DNA from: Octopus vulgaris
Lineage: Eukaryota
Length of the DNA: 64,000 nucleotides
Reading direction: 5' to 3'
Assembly: GCA_951406725.2 (NCBI GenBank)
Contig: OX597816.1
Span: forward strand, 162,750,001-162,814,000
Every line of letters begins with the position of its first letter. The first letter of the stretch is position 1. Shown here in pieces: positions 28,553 to 43,606 of the stretch. The translations under genes and the position numbers were made by a program. The notes beneath the pieces were generated by a model. That model was not told the DNA's origin. It made no database searches and saw only the letters and a list, made by a program, of their open reading frames with translations.

Positions 28553-28995
28553 AAAACCAAGAAATATATGAAAGCAGTTTCACATGAAACCGAAGAACAA
28601 CTTAGTTGATAGTGAATTCGAAGTATAGATTTTTTTCGCTTCTTCCTTCCTTGAACGATGAAGATTCAGTGGTTCGATACCAACTGCAAAAGCTGTCCCT
28701 AAATTAACGTGTATCTGGCTGAATATTTTCAAAGACACGTGTATCTCTAATAATAATTGCTCGCGCAAAATCAACGACATACTATGAGTGCGTGTGACGA
28801 GGCTGTACTTTACAATTACAAGTGCATTTCACCCGACAGCCATACCGTTTCCGTCTATGCTACACAGTTAACTAACAAGGTGAACAAAAAGACCGAAGTG
28901 CATACCTAAATTACAATGTGCACACACACAGACACACAGACACACAGACACACAGACACACACACACACACACACAGACACACACACACACACAT

Positions 28996-29407
28996 TCTCT
29001 TTTACTTGTTTCACTCACTTGACTGCGGCCATGGTGGAACACCACCTATTTTCGTCGAGCAAATCGACCCCCAGGACTTATTTTTTGTAAGCCTAGTACT
29101 TATTCTATCGGTCTGTTTTTTTTGCCGAACCGCTAAGTTACGGGGACGTAAACACACCAGCATCGATTGTCAAGCAATGTTGGAGGGGAGACAAATACAC
29201 ACACACACACAAACATATACACACACATACACATATATATATATACGACGGGCTTCTTTCAGTTTCCGTCTACTAAATCCACTCACAAGGCTTTGGTCGT
29301 CCCGAGACTATCGTAGAAGACACTCGCCCAAGGTGCCACACAGTGAGACTGAACCCGGAACCAAGTGGTTGGTGAGCAAAATACTTATCACACAGCCACT
29401 CCTGCGC
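28996..29407 (-). mobile_element. SINE family A, full length
   Basis: Matches the other A copies end to end. Confidence 0.88.
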
Positions 29408-29992
29408 TTATATATGTATATATTGTATATGAAAATATGTCGTTTGTACTGTAAGTTTAATCTATTATAACGATCTATATATTCATATTTAGATATTCCT
29501 TGTCTGAACGTCTTCAGTCTCTGTTTGCATGTATACACATATATAAATATTTTGTATATCAAACCCAAGCTGTAATATCTAAATTGTTTTATCCGCATAA
29601 TTGTCTCATATACATATATACATATATTTATGTGTGTGTATGTGCACAAACTTATGTGTGTGTGTGGGGGTGGGGGTGGATGTGTATAAGCATACATGTG
29701 TGTGCGCGTGTGAGTGTGTGTTTAACTAAATTATATTGTGTGTGGAAAAGGTGGTATATTTTTAATTCCACCTTGCACGTGTTTCTTTACAATATAGGAA
29801 ATAAATCCATTACGGATATGAATATCAATATGCATAATATGTATGTATATCCAGAAAAACATGTATGGGAAATCCCTCCTTAATTCCCTTTTTAAATACC
29901 TTATTTATCTATCTTTCCGTCTGTCTATCTGTCTGTCATCTATCTATATATCTATTTATTTACCGATCTATCTGTGTGCATGGGTGTGTATA

Positions 29993-30080
<88 letters not shown>

Positions 30081-30403
30081 TAATTCTTTGGGGAAAATAA
30101 TGGGTCGGTCTCGAAGCAAATCACATAACAGCTATATTGAATAAGGAAGATATAGAATGTAACTATTGAGTTGAAGAAATCATTTTGCGCAGAAACAGAA
30201 TTATTTCACATTTTAACGAGTGTTTATAAAGCTGTTACGGCTTCAACGATTTATATATGTGTGTATATGTTTATCTATATATGCATGTGTATCTACACAC
30301 ACACACATATATATATACATACATATATACATATACATACATATATATATATACATATATATATAAATACATATGATATATATTTATATATATATACATA
30401 TAA

Positions 30404-30448
<45 letters not shown>

Positions 30449-30455
<7 letters not shown>

Positions 30456-30613
30456 CAAAGTAGGACAAGAACGCAAAACATCCGGACAGCTAGGTAATAC
30501 AAAAAGGGACAACAGAGCATCCACATAGTCGATACAAAGAAACAAGGACGGGTCATTCGAAGCCCTCTATCCTCAGTAAAGCACCAGATTATCCTCGCAA
30601 TTTCGGCTGATTA
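30449..30613 (-). mobile_element. PLE-like pseudo-LTR fragment related to 56880-58037
   Basis: ggacaagaacg..aaaaca..gacggg..ttcgaagc..tcag..accagat.atc.tcgcaatttcggctgatt shared; adjacent (TA)n. Confidence 0.7.
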
Positions 30614-30714
30614 TGTACATATTGGCTACATGTATTTGACTACATGAACCTGCACACGGACAAATTGTTTCTTAGTTATAAACACATGTTTGTGTGTGTA
30701 TATAAATGTGTAAA

Positions 30715-30783
<69 letters not shown>

Positions 30784-30809
30784 ATATATATGTGTGTGTG
30801 TGTGTGTAG

Positions 30810-31010
30810 ACAGGCACTTGGATACATCGTCCCTGAGTGATAGAGACTCATGGAGCAGGTTTTCCAGTTCTAGTGGCGCATGTATACTCCGTTGGACGGG
30901 ACGCCGGCCTGACCTAAGATTACGGATGTTCAGTAGCTGAGTAGATGGGACCCACTTGAAATGTAGAGATTTGCTCAACATCGCAATACGTAACCCGGTA
31001 AGGGGTAATG
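30810..31010 (-). mobile_element. Old CORE-like SINE remnant
   Basis: agctgagtag..tgaaatgt..tttgctcaa resembles the family D domain. Confidence 0.35.
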
Positions 31011-31056
31011 AACGTAAAATATGAAATACTGACCACTAATCTACGCTCCACATTCA

Positions 31057-31169
<113 letters not shown>

Positions 31170-31462
31170 GAGTGTGCGTATGTGTGTGTGCGTGTGTGAG
31201 TGTGTGTGTGTGAGTGTCGGAGTATGTAAGATAGGGCGATGAATAATACGGTGAAAAGGAAAGATAAAAAGATATATGTACATATGCATGTTTGTATGTG
31301 TTTATGTATGTATGAATGTTTGTACAGATTTATATATATATATATACAATGTATGTATTAATTTATATATATATATAGAGAGAGAGAGAGAGACAGACAG
31401 ACAGAGACAGAGACAAAGAGAGACATACATGCATATATATATATATATAAATTTTTTCCGTA

Positions 31463-31670
31463 ATGAGAAAAGAAAAACAACGAGGCTGTGTAGATTTTAG
31501 AACATTTTTAAATAGGTCTTACAGCTGTTTCTAGGATATTTATTATATCCCTTCATCAGAGACGGTGTGAGAAGATGATTAAGCAATAGTTAATTTAGAT
31601 AAGATACGAAATTGAGAGTGAGGTGGAGGAAGGAAAATAGATGTGTTATATGCCATAGAATATGCCGAAA
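31463..31670 (-). mobile_element. PLE-like pseudo-LTR fragment carrying an HHR
   Basis: HHR plus T-rich 3' flank on the minus strand ending near (TA)n; 5' boundary uncertain. Confidence 0.55.
31516..31563 (-). ncRNA. Type I hammerhead ribozyme
   Basis: Minus strand: GTCT-CTGATGA-A-GGGATAT aataa ATATCCT-A-GAAA-CAGCTG-TA-AGAC; intact CUGAUGA and GAAA cores, 4-bp stem I, 7-bp stem II, palindromic ACAGCTGT stem III, GUA site. Confidence 0.8.
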
Positions 31671-32030
31671 CATTTTACAAAACACAAGCTTTATCCCTTA
31701 TACAACACAATATATTCCACTTATATGTGTGAGCGCGCGCGTATGTTTGTATGTATGTATGCATGTATGTATGTATGCATGTATGTGTGTATTATGTACA
31801 TATGTAAGTATGTATGTATCGCAGGTATATTACAGTGACCTATGCAAATTATAACAGTTGTTTACTTTCAAGATACAAATGTAATATTCTTCCAAATTTC
31901 AAAGTACACGATCTATCATTCGCATAAGCACACACACACATTAACTGGTATGGTATATAACTTATTCATACCCTCGTACACACATACATACACACGCACT
32001 CACATGCATACACCTAAACATACACACATA

Positions 32031-32103
<73 letters not shown>

Positions 32104-32375
32104 TCTGTGAGCTATCATTCATAAGACAAAATTAAAAATTAGTCTATGTTCGAAGTTAATTATCATATACAAGCATACATACATGTACATGTGTGTGTGT
32201 GGGGGGTGTATGTGTGTGTGTGTGTGTAATTTATTGTTTAAAAGAATTCCATTATCGACATTTTTTTAGAAAGCAGAAATGTATTCGATACTCATAAGAA
32301 AGTTCATTCGTTTTATATGAGGAATTAATTTAAATTAGTGAAAGATTAATTTCACTTACAATAGTTATATCATTT

Positions 32376-32427
<52 letters not shown>

Positions 32428-32595
32428 AATACAGAGACATATATACATGTGTTTATGTGTGTTTGTATGTTTCTTTTATCCTTTCATTCTTTTATACGTT
32501 TCAACCCAAAGGTTGTGACCATGCTCAGGCAACGCCAGATTAATAATCTCTCAAATAGCCATTCATATGCTGCGTCTGGTTAATGTATGTATGTA

Positions 32596-32688
<93 letters not shown>

Positions 32689-32734
32689 GAGAAACAATTT
32701 AGTTGGTTTATCAGTTTTAGGATATGAGAATGTT

Positions 32735-32774
<40 letters not shown>

Positions 32775-32920
32775 AATAATGTATACTTAAACATATAGAT
32801 ATATTTATGCATATATAAACTCTAACCATGTGTATATACTTAAAAACACTAACCAAATTATAAATATTTATATTTGCATATATACAATGATATCTATACA
32901 TAAATATATTATATATTATA

Positions 32921-32965
<45 letters not shown>

Positions 32966-33077
32966 AATGATCATAATACACTCTTTCGTGATATGCATTT
33001 ATGATAAAAAAAAACATATACATATACAGACAATAACATACATTTATATACAGACACAAATATATTACATCTGTATG

Positions 33078-33160
<83 letters not shown>

Positions 33161-33504
33161 ATACATATACGTTAACATCAACATACTTAGAGCATCCGCA
33201 TATGTCATAAACACATATTTATATACGTATCATTTCATACGTATGTGTGTCCACACCCATATAAATATAGACATATCTATATAGAAATTTACGAAGGTTT
33301 ACTCAAATTATCACCAATGCTGTTCTTTCTACTCCTGGTACCTCTTTTATCAGTCTTTTTGTGAAGCGGTGTATCACACATACGCTCAGGCACACAAGCA
33401 CATATCTACCGATCTATCTATCTATCTAATATATATATCTAATATATATTTATATATAAGTATGTATGTATGTACACATATATATGCACGTACGTGTGTG
33501 TGTG

Positions 33505-33652
33505 ATTCTTTCATTTCCCATCAACAAACCGTAAGGCGTTGGTCGGACCGGGATTTTAGCAGAAGACGCCTGTTCAAGATGTCGCGCAGTAGGATTGAAC
33601 CCGGAACCATATGGTGGGAAGCAAACTTCCTATAACACAGACATGCCCGCGC
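33505..33652 (-). mobile_element. SINE family A, diverged 5' part
   Basis: ttggtcgg.ccg..agcagaagac..caagatg.cgc.cagt.gga.tgaacccggaacc. Confidence 0.7.
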
Positions 33653-34029
33653 ATATACATATACATATATACTTACACACATAAATACATACAAACATAC
33701 ATATATACATATATAAATGATATATATAATTAATAATATCAGGGTAATAAAGATTTTAGAAATTTCTACTACCAGTAGCCTAGCGTATAGAAAAATCAGT
33801 CAATAGACTATATATTATTCATATAAAATACAGTGTACATTTAAACACATTAAGAGGTATCCATTATAGGATTCCTTTACGCTAGAAGGAACAGCTAAAG
33901 TTCAAACCACTACTTAGGGAGAAAAATCTCGAAGGGAATGAAAAATAAAAACATTTACCATCTATTTCCTGGACTATATATATATACGCACACACGCATA
34001 TATACATTTATATGTGCGTGTGTTTGTGA

Positions 34030-34040
34030 TATATGTATGC

Positions 34041-34075
<35 letters not shown>

Positions 34076-34122
34076 TGTATGTATGTATGGATGTATGTAT
34101 GCATGCATGTATGCATGTATGC

Positions 34123-34153
<31 letters not shown>

Positions 34154-34330
34154 CATATATGTATGTATGTATGTATGTATGTGTGTGTATGTATGTATGT
34201 ATGTGTGTATGTATGTATGTATGTATGTATGTACGTATGTACGTATGTATGTGTGTATGTACGTATGTACGTATGTATGTATGTATGTATGTATGTATGT
34301 ATGTATGTATGTGTGTATGCATGTATGATA
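34030..34330. repeat. (TATG)n tetranucleotide tract
   Basis: Direct inspection. Confidence 0.95.
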
Positions 34331-34944
34331 TCCTATATTTTTTTTATTAAATCATTCATCAAGAAACACATATAGCTAGAAGTGTGTTCTCTGTCCTGCT
34401 GCAACGAGAAAACCTGACCACTTATTTGGAACTCAGCGTTACAAACTGTAGTCCGCCATAGTCTTTGATAGACATGTCTCGTCATGGAAATTTCGATAAA
34501 ATATTTCTAGCAAAACAGATAAATAATAAGCAAAAAATTCGTAAAATAAAAGGCTTTAGATTACATCATTCCCTACTCGGTGTCCGTGCTTCCGACCCAT
34601 TTCTTTCGTGAACATAGAACCTAGGGTGACGACTTCACGCAAACATAGCATAGTTTATACTATATGTGTATATGTGTATGTATGTGTGAGTCTCTGTGTG
34701 TATTTGTGTATATATACCTATATATCCCAATCTGTCCATCTATCTATCTATCAATCAACAAATTCTTATCTTATGCATATCCATATCTATATGTGTACAT
34801 ATATCAGTGCACATATGTGTGTATATTTATATAAATATACATATATATATAAATACATATATTCATATATACATATATATATTTATGTATTTATGTATTT
34901 ATATACATAGATACATATATACATATATATATATATAAATATCA

Positions 34945-34991
<47 letters not shown>

Positions 34992-35589
34992 AACATATAC
35001 GTATGTATATATGTGTATATATGTCAGTATGTGTGAATGCATTTGCGCTCCTCCTACAGCAATGAAGAGTATTTTAGCTCTTATTTCTAGCAATGTAGGT
35101 TTTTCGACATCCTTAGCCACATTTAGTGACAATTGAATTTTTAGTACACACACACACACACACACATAATATATATATATATATATAGGTATCTACCTAT
35201 CTATCTGTCTGTCTGTCTGTCTATCTATCTATAAATAAACACGTAGGCAGACAGACAGATTGACAGATAGATATCCTTATGTTCCGAACATATATAAGTG
35301 TGAGGATGTATAAGGGTTGGTAGAAATTGCAAGAATACCCAAATGTTCACACAATTTTTCAACTCATTTAATGATGAGGTTGCCTTTTCGTTTGAGACAT
35401 TTTAACTTCTAATCAGCCACAAATTTTATATGCTTGGAATATATCCTATACTGATCCTAATACAATCTACATTGAATTCAGTTTCAATGTGCATGCACAC
35501 ACACACACAGATATATATAAACTTACTTAGAAATGGATGCATGGCGTTCAATAAAATGATGATATAAATAATATATATATATGTATGTG

Positions 35590-35625
<36 letters not shown>

Positions 35626-35649
35626 TATATATATACATATATTTATGGG

Positions 35650-35752
35650 TAAGCAAATGAGTGTAATGCGCAAACAGCAAGAGAAACAGGACACGTAGCA
35701 TAAAGGAGGACCCTTCATCAGTTGTCGGGTATCTATCTACCCCTGATCTCGA

Positions 35753-35756
<4 letters not shown>
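35650..35756 (-). mobile_element. Short PLE-like fragment in (TA)n with CTGATGAAGGG
   Basis: Minus strand gacaaCTGATGAagggtcc; no complete HHR fold found. Confidence 0.35.
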
Positions 35757-35804
<48 letters not shown>

Positions 35805-35839
35805 GTATATATCTATATATCTATATCTGTATCTATCTA

Positions 35840-35906
<67 letters not shown>

Positions 35907-35917
35907 TATATATATAG

Positions 35918-35983
<66 letters not shown>

Positions 35984-36389
35984 TAGATATATAGATATAT
36001 AGATATATACATACATATGTATATACATATTTCAATTCATTTACACTCACACATACACAAACAATACAAAAGATCTGAATATTCATCGTCTAAATATTTT
36101 CAGTTTTTTTCTCTGTATTTACGTGTACCTATGTATGTAGATTTTTTTATATCTAGCCCAGGCGTTTTCGATTGTTTCTACGAGTCATTCTCTCTCTATA
36201 TATATACACATATAAACGTATATGTACTTACAACTAAGCATCTAACTAATTAAATACACATTCAAACAATAAAGCCTCACAGAAAGCTAGGTATGCGTAT
36301 GTACATTTATATATGTAATACATCTATCTATACTTAAACGTTTGCATACCCGCGCGCACACACACGTACATATATACATATATATATGC

Positions 36390-36432
<43 letters not shown>

Positions 36433-36491
36433 ATCAAAATAATCTTTAGAAAACTTCTATATAAAACAATCTATTAAAACGTTTCAAAATT

Positions 36492-36552
36492 TTATGCATA
36501 AGACTAATATATATATATATATAAAGAATAAGTAACATGTATATATATATAT

Positions 36553-36594
<42 letters not shown>

Positions 36595-36636
36595 TACATT
36601 TTACTTATTCTTTATATATATATATTAGTCTTATGC

Positions 36637-36640
<4 letters not shown>
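36492..36640. repeat. Fold-back inverted repeat around (TA)n
   Basis: ttatgcataagactaa(ta)n aagaataagtaa..atgta versus tacat..ttacttattctt(ta)n ttagtcttatgcataa. Confidence 0.9.
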
Positions 36641-36667
<27 letters not shown>

Positions 36668-37244
36668 TGCTGAAGGATTAAAATTTATCTGCTGGAAATA
36701 ACAGTCAAAACTCTTATTTAACTAGCTAAAATAATTACTTTTTCGTGAATTATTTTTCTCGTTAATTATTTGCCCTGCATTGAAATTATATATGTGTGTG
36801 TGTGTGCATGTAAATTTTTGCTTGATATGTGTCTATTCAGGAGTTTATACTTGTATATAAAACGACACAATCTATATAAAACAGTTCAGAATTAGGTCAC
36901 TTTATGCATTACAGTAATTTAACATAAGAGAGAAAACAGTTTTACGGTGTGTTTATGAAAATATGTGAATGCTTAACCACGAGACATATACAAAGAAGAT
37001 ATTGAAAAACAGGTGTATATGAAGTCAACAAACGTCTTACCTCGATTAGGCGTTTATTCCAGTCAAAACACTGTGTGTAGAATATGCAAAAATCGAGTAA
37101 AATTATGCAGAGACGTACAACACGAAATATTTCTTTACCATCAACGTGAACCGAGGAACACACAGAATATAATTTTAGTATGTTTTCGTTTAGTAACAAC
37201 TGTGATATTGTTCAATATACATAGATATATGATCACATACATTT

Positions 37245-37281
<37 letters not shown>

Positions 37282-37454
37282 GTGCATATACATACATACA
37301 TACATATATATACGTATTCTAGGTGTTGTTATTTAGACATGGCCTGGTCCCATACTGGACGAAACCGATCAAAGTTATACAAAGTTATATATACATACAA
37401 TTGCATATGTATTCATATGTAAATGTGCGTTTGCGTGTGTAATCGTATATTGTG

Positions 37455-37485
<31 letters not shown>

Positions 37486-37519
37486 ATGTATGTATATGTA
37501 TATTTAGTTGAAATTTACA

Positions 37520-37677
37520 GAAAAATAAAAGACGAACACAGGTGTATAAACAACAAACAGGTATATTAATTTGACGCTCGGGAAGATTAGAGAGACTTCT
37601 ATGTTTCGAGTCTACGCTCTTCAACAGAAAGGAACTCGAGGAAATAAACACAGAGAGAATAAAAAAATTGCGGAGCT
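37520..37677 (-). mobile_element. PLE-like pseudo-LTR fragment (family of 425-600) with HHR-like motif at 37597-37630
   Basis: Minus strand TTT-CTGTTGA-A-GAGC gtag ACTC-GAAA-CA-TA-GAA. Confidence 0.6.
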
Positions 37678-37788
37678 ATATATATATATATATATATACA
37701 TACATGTAAGCACATACACGCATATATATGTACATACGTATATATAACACAGATATATACACACACACACTCACACACACACACACAC

Positions 37789-37894
<106 letters not shown>

Positions 37895-38388
37895 GTTTAC
37901 TATAAATATCAACATATTTTCGCTTTTAACTTGAGAACTGTAGTAGATAAATCCATAGTTTATAACTTATGGATAGAATAAGTCGAGGGCTACCGCGTAC
38001 GATACATACATATATATATATACATGTGCGTATATATGTATATACGCCCCAGCATGACCGCAGCCTGAAGACTCAAGCATATAAAAAAAAAGAATATATA
38101 TATTGATAGATAGATATATCTGTATGTGTGTGTATATGTACATATATACGTATATACAGAAGTATACAGAGAAACATACCTGAATATCTATCTCATGAAT
38201 AGTTTGCATTACGAGATACGAAAATTCAATGACTATGGACAACATATTATTCATTTGGGATTTAGTAGCTGGATACTTGAAAAATACAAGGGTTGAGATA
38301 TTACAATGCGCGTGAGTGAGCGTGTGTGTGTGTGCTTTGGTGAGCGATTGTCTTGGTATAGGGAAAAGGGCACACCATATATATATAT

Positions 38389-38798
38389 ACTCTTTTACTC
38401 TTTTACTTGTTTCAGTCATTTTGATTGCGGCCATGCTGGAGCACCGCCTTTAATCGAGCAACTCGACCCCGGGACTTATTCTTTTGTAAGCCCAGTACTT
38501 ATTCTATCGGTCTCTTTTGCCGAACCGCTAAGTAACGGGGACATAAACACACCAGCATCAGTTGTCAAGCAATGCTAGGGGGGCAAACACAGACACACAA
38601 ACATAGATACGCATATATATATATATATACATATATACGACGGGCTTCTTTCAGTTTCCGTCTACCAAATCCACTCACAAGGCTTTGGTCGGCCCGAGGC
38701 TATAGTAGAAGACACTTGCCCAAGATGCCACGCAGTGGGACTGAACCCGGAACCATGTGGTTGGTAAACAAGCTACTTACCACACAGCCACGCCTGCG

Positions 38799-38800
<2 letters not shown>
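38389..38800 (-). mobile_element. SINE family A, full length, young
   Basis: Complete copy; head abuts (TA)n. Confidence 0.9.
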
Positions 38801-38891
<91 letters not shown>

Positions 38892-38905
38892 TCAGACATA
38901 TTCGT

Positions 38906-39244
38906 GGCACTCCGTCGGTTACGACGACGAGGGTTCCAGTTGATCCGATCAACGGAACAGCCTGCTCGTGAAATTAACGTGCAAGTGGCTGAGCCCTTCA
39001 CAGACACGTTGTACCCTTAACGTAGTTCTCAGCCTTTAGAAATACAGGTATAACAGAAACAAGAAGAGTGAGAGAATGTTGTGGCGAAAGAGTACAGAAG
39101 AGTACACCCACCCACACCTTCCGGAGCCTCGTGAAGCTTTAGGTGTTTTCACTCAATAAACACTCAGAACGCCCGGTCTTGGAATCGAAACCGCGATCCT
39201 ACGACCGCGAGTCCGCTACCCTAACCGCTGGGACATTGTGCCTC

Positions 39245-39247
<3 letters not shown>
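38906..39247 (-). mobile_element. SINE family C
   Basis: Minus strand gtggaggcacaatg.cccagcggttagggtagcggactcgcggtcgtagg..gtttcgattcc; tail gcacgttaatttcacgagcagg..cgtcgtcgtaaccgacggagtgcc; homolog at 56160-56518. Confidence 0.85.
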
Positions 39248-39295
<48 letters not shown>

Positions 39296-40139
39296 GTACA
39301 TATATGTGTGTATATGTGTATATATATCTATATATATATATATATATATATGTTAATAAAATATATGCATATATATAAACATATATGTACGTACCTACCT
39401 CTACATGTACATATACACGCATATATATATATATAGTTCATGAGTATATTATATAGTTATATATATTTGTGTGTGTGCATATTTTATGAGAAGCTGGGAT
39501 TGTCTTAATTTCGATTTCGACAATCGGAACATGAGACTAAATTTAAAACTCCAGCAATTTCAGTAATTAATACATTAACTACGCAAACACACACCTGTCT
39601 GTTTGTTTGTCTATCTTTCTATCTATTTATCAATCTATCTATGACACAGCTTTTATAATACATTGCTATTGATCCATCTCTTAGTTTCATTGTTGATAAT
39701 ATGTCCATTATTTTACCGGGATTGACTTCTCCTTCTCAAAATAACACATTCGTTATCGTTTCCCCCGAACTGCAAGTTCATATACCTTACAGTATAAATC
39801 CAACACTATATAATTATGTACAATTATGTATATATATTCTAGGTGAGTGGGCACATCTTGTACATGATTAAGCTTGATTTTTATTTGACCGAAATCGATG
39901 AAATAAAAACTTTAGTGAAAAATTGAGGTGCTTTTTAACTGTTTATTTCTTAACCTGAAATGTGTCAACGATAAATTATACTGGTTTCTGTTTTATATCT
40001 TATTACTGCGTTATTTTATACTTTGATTAATATATGCGATCTCTTTGATATATATGATATCCTTTTAATATTTTATTTCATTTGTGTAGCTATGTTTCTC
40101 GTTATATATATTGCTGTGTTACCCTCAATAAAAACGCCA

Positions 40140-40788
40140 ACGGCAATAATCCTTTCTACAGGATGCGCAAGGCCTGAAATTTTAGGGAAGGCAGTTAACC
40201 GATTAAATCGACCCTAGTACTCAACTCGTACTTACTTTATCGACCCCTAACGGATCAAAAGCAGGAGTTGACAACGGCAATATCTGAACTCAGAACGTCA
40301 AATAACGATAATAATAATGAGGAGGGTGATGATTGTGTTGGCCACAAGAGCCCAAATCGTTGATGATTGCATCAATAGACGAAATACGAAAAAGTGTGTG
40401 GGGAGTGGGGTTTATAATGAATAAATTGGCACAATTGTTAGCGCGTCGGACTAAAATCCCAGTCAATTTTCTTTGAATTTTCCTAAAATGTTCATCACCC
40501 TTTTGAGTCAAGTAAATAAGGAATTAATGGTCCTTGTGATGTCCCCCTCATCTATGGCCCTAATAATGGAAATCATTTCACCCGTCCCTACGTCCTGAGT
40601 CCTAATCTCACCGAAGTCGACTGCGGTCGATAAATTAAGTACAAGTCAAGCACTAGGGTCGATCTGATCGACTACCTCCGTCCCTCAAATTCCAGGCCTT
40701 GTGCATATTGTAGAAGTGAAACACAGGTCAATGAGATCACTAGTCCCCCTCCCCGAAAATTTCAGGCCTTGTGCCTTTAGTAAAAAGG

Positions 40789-40790
<2 letters not shown>
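40140..40790. mobile_element. Cluster of diverged SINE family B pieces in both orientations
   Basis: Minus piece ~40150-40300; plus pieces ~40425-40790 (gtcgataaattaagtac, tcaggccttgtgcc). Confidence 0.6.
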
Positions 40791-40837
<47 letters not shown>

Positions 40838-41224
40838 ATTATTATTATTATCATCATCATCATTATTATTATTATTATTGTTGTTGTTGTTGTTGTTAAT
40901 TATTTAATTATTATTTGTATACGAATTTATATTATTCTGTGTTGGTATCAATTTCCAATATGCTAAAACTATATTGTCCTTAGACGTCCTCTAATGTCTA
41001 TACAATTACCTTGGTCATCTTCAAATATTTTCTAAATGCAAGTGTTAAATATATATATATACAGGCACACGCACACACACACACACACACAGACTAGCAT
41101 ATCCTATGTATGTATATATAGGAAGACTTATTTTCGGCTAATATCGAACAAATTATTATAAACCATTATCTGATTATTTTACTTTCTATCTCTGATAATA
41201 TTTTCAATATCCTCATGATTACCT

Positions 41225-41268
<44 letters not shown>

Positions 41269-41556
41269 TGATAATGTTAATAATAATAATAATAATGATA
41301 ATAATAATAATAATAATGATAATAATAATAATAATAATGATAATGTTAATGATAATGATAATAAGAATAATAAGGATAATGATAACAATAATAATAATGA
41401 TAATGTTAATGATAATAATAATAATGATAATAATAATCAAAATAATAATAATAATATTAATAATAATAAAAATTATAATAATAATATCAATAGTAATAAT
41501 GATAGTAACGATAGTAATAATAATAACCATAGTAATAATAATGATGATGATGATGA
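41225..41556. repeat. Long degenerate (ATA/ATG)n trinucleotide tract
   Basis: Source of the poly-Ile and poly-Leu spurious ORFs. Confidence 0.95.
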
Positions 41557-42186
41557 GTGCATCATCATGTGATAACATTATATACTATGCATACATACAT
41601 CTCTCATCTCCCCTATTTCCCCCTCATCTTTTATGTAAAGCTCATACAAATTGTAAACTGACCTTATGATGTCTCGTCCCTCCCTTCTGTGCCCCCCTGG
41701 CAAATATATGAAATTATTGTCACAATTAATACTACTATAACAAAATTAGCTTATATACTTGTTTACTATCTTTTTCATCGCACAATCTTTGCAGCTAAAC
41801 CTCATGAATTATCGATATGAACAATTTTTTAAAATTTCTTTTTACATCATACATATAGTATATATTGCTAAGGTATACTCACCCGGAAATATGAAGGGTG
41901 ACTTTGGAGATTTTTTAATGGAAGATAGTTGAATAAAATATATTCTAAATATATTATATATATAAAACGGCATTTATGTGTTCGTGTGTGTGATTGGAAA
42001 TGTGAATGCGTATGTGTGTGTATATATATATATATATATATACATATATTATGTGTATACATATACATATATATATATCATATATACATATGAATGCCTA
42101 TATGTGTATGTTAATACATATATATAAACATACACATATATATATGTATATATATATATTTGCATATATATATGTATGTATGTATG

Positions 42187-42233
<47 letters not shown>

Positions 42234-43048
42234 ATATGTATATATATATATAGGTATATATTCATACATATACATATAAGTAAATATGAGAATGATATTA
42301 CTTTTAAAATACCATCGCTAGTGGCTGCAAGTACAAGCCGAACAAGCAAATTAATAAAATGTATGTAGTATATATATATATATATATATGTGATTTTTCC
42401 AGTTTCAGTTCATGAGCTGTGGTCATGCTGGGGCAAACGCACAAAGGTACTACATGAGCACTTGCATCACTAAAAATAGAAGTCAAAATACTTCTAAGCC
42501 ACAAAAGAATCACAAAATTAATACAGGCATGATAGGAAGAGATTTTAGTGAACAAGGCTAACGTCCTACCACCTACATATAAAAGTATACATAAATGCAT
42601 ATACATATTTATACACACACATATAGAGAGAGAATGGTAGATAGACAGAAATATAGATATATATACACATGATACTCATGTATATGTAGATGTGTACGAT
42701 GTTATATAAATAAAAAGACAGCTGCGATTGAATATGGAATATATGCATCACTATTAGGAATCATACGAGACATTCGCATAATTAAACATAATACACAAAT
42801 ATATATACAAGTACATATACATATATACGCGTATATGATACATATATATTTGTGTAAGGTGTATCCACACATAATTTGTATATGTGTAAATGTGTATATA
42901 TGTGCATGTATATGAGGGAATGTGCGATTATATGTATATAATGTATATATGATGATTTTATATGTTTTGGTTTAAACAAAGATCAGTTAAATGCAAATAT
43001 AACGTTAAATATATATATATCTGTATATAACTGTAGGACCGCGAGCAA

Positions 43049-43105
<57 letters not shown>

Positions 43106-43535
43106 TATCAATAATAAAGGGTGAAATCAATTCATTAATTTAGAAATAATCATTAATTTCACCAAGTAGAGTTCGGCATGTAAAAGACCCATTCAAGGAA
43201 GGTTTAAGTAATACTAAGTAATTAAGGGTTCAGCAACGATTTGCCTCATATATATTGGCCTGCTCCCTTAGTCAGCGGGGTGGCGTCATTTGAAAGCTAA
43301 AACAATGCGAAGCGCATTGTGACCAGCGATGTGTAGCAACATCTGATAGCCTGGTCGGTCATGGTGATATATATATATATATATATACATTAATTGGTGT
43401 ATATATTAATATTCAATGCGTAATTTTGAAGCAGTTTACAATTTCAAAAGTGCTTCTATCGATAAAATAACTTAATCTTCAGAAAAGAAACGACCGTATA
43501 GTTTACATACATACATATATATTATACATATGCGT

Positions 43536-43606
<71 letters not shown>

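Noticed and set aside
41680-41830. hAT transposase C-terminal remnant on the minus strand
   Set aside because: Similarity too short and degenerate to support
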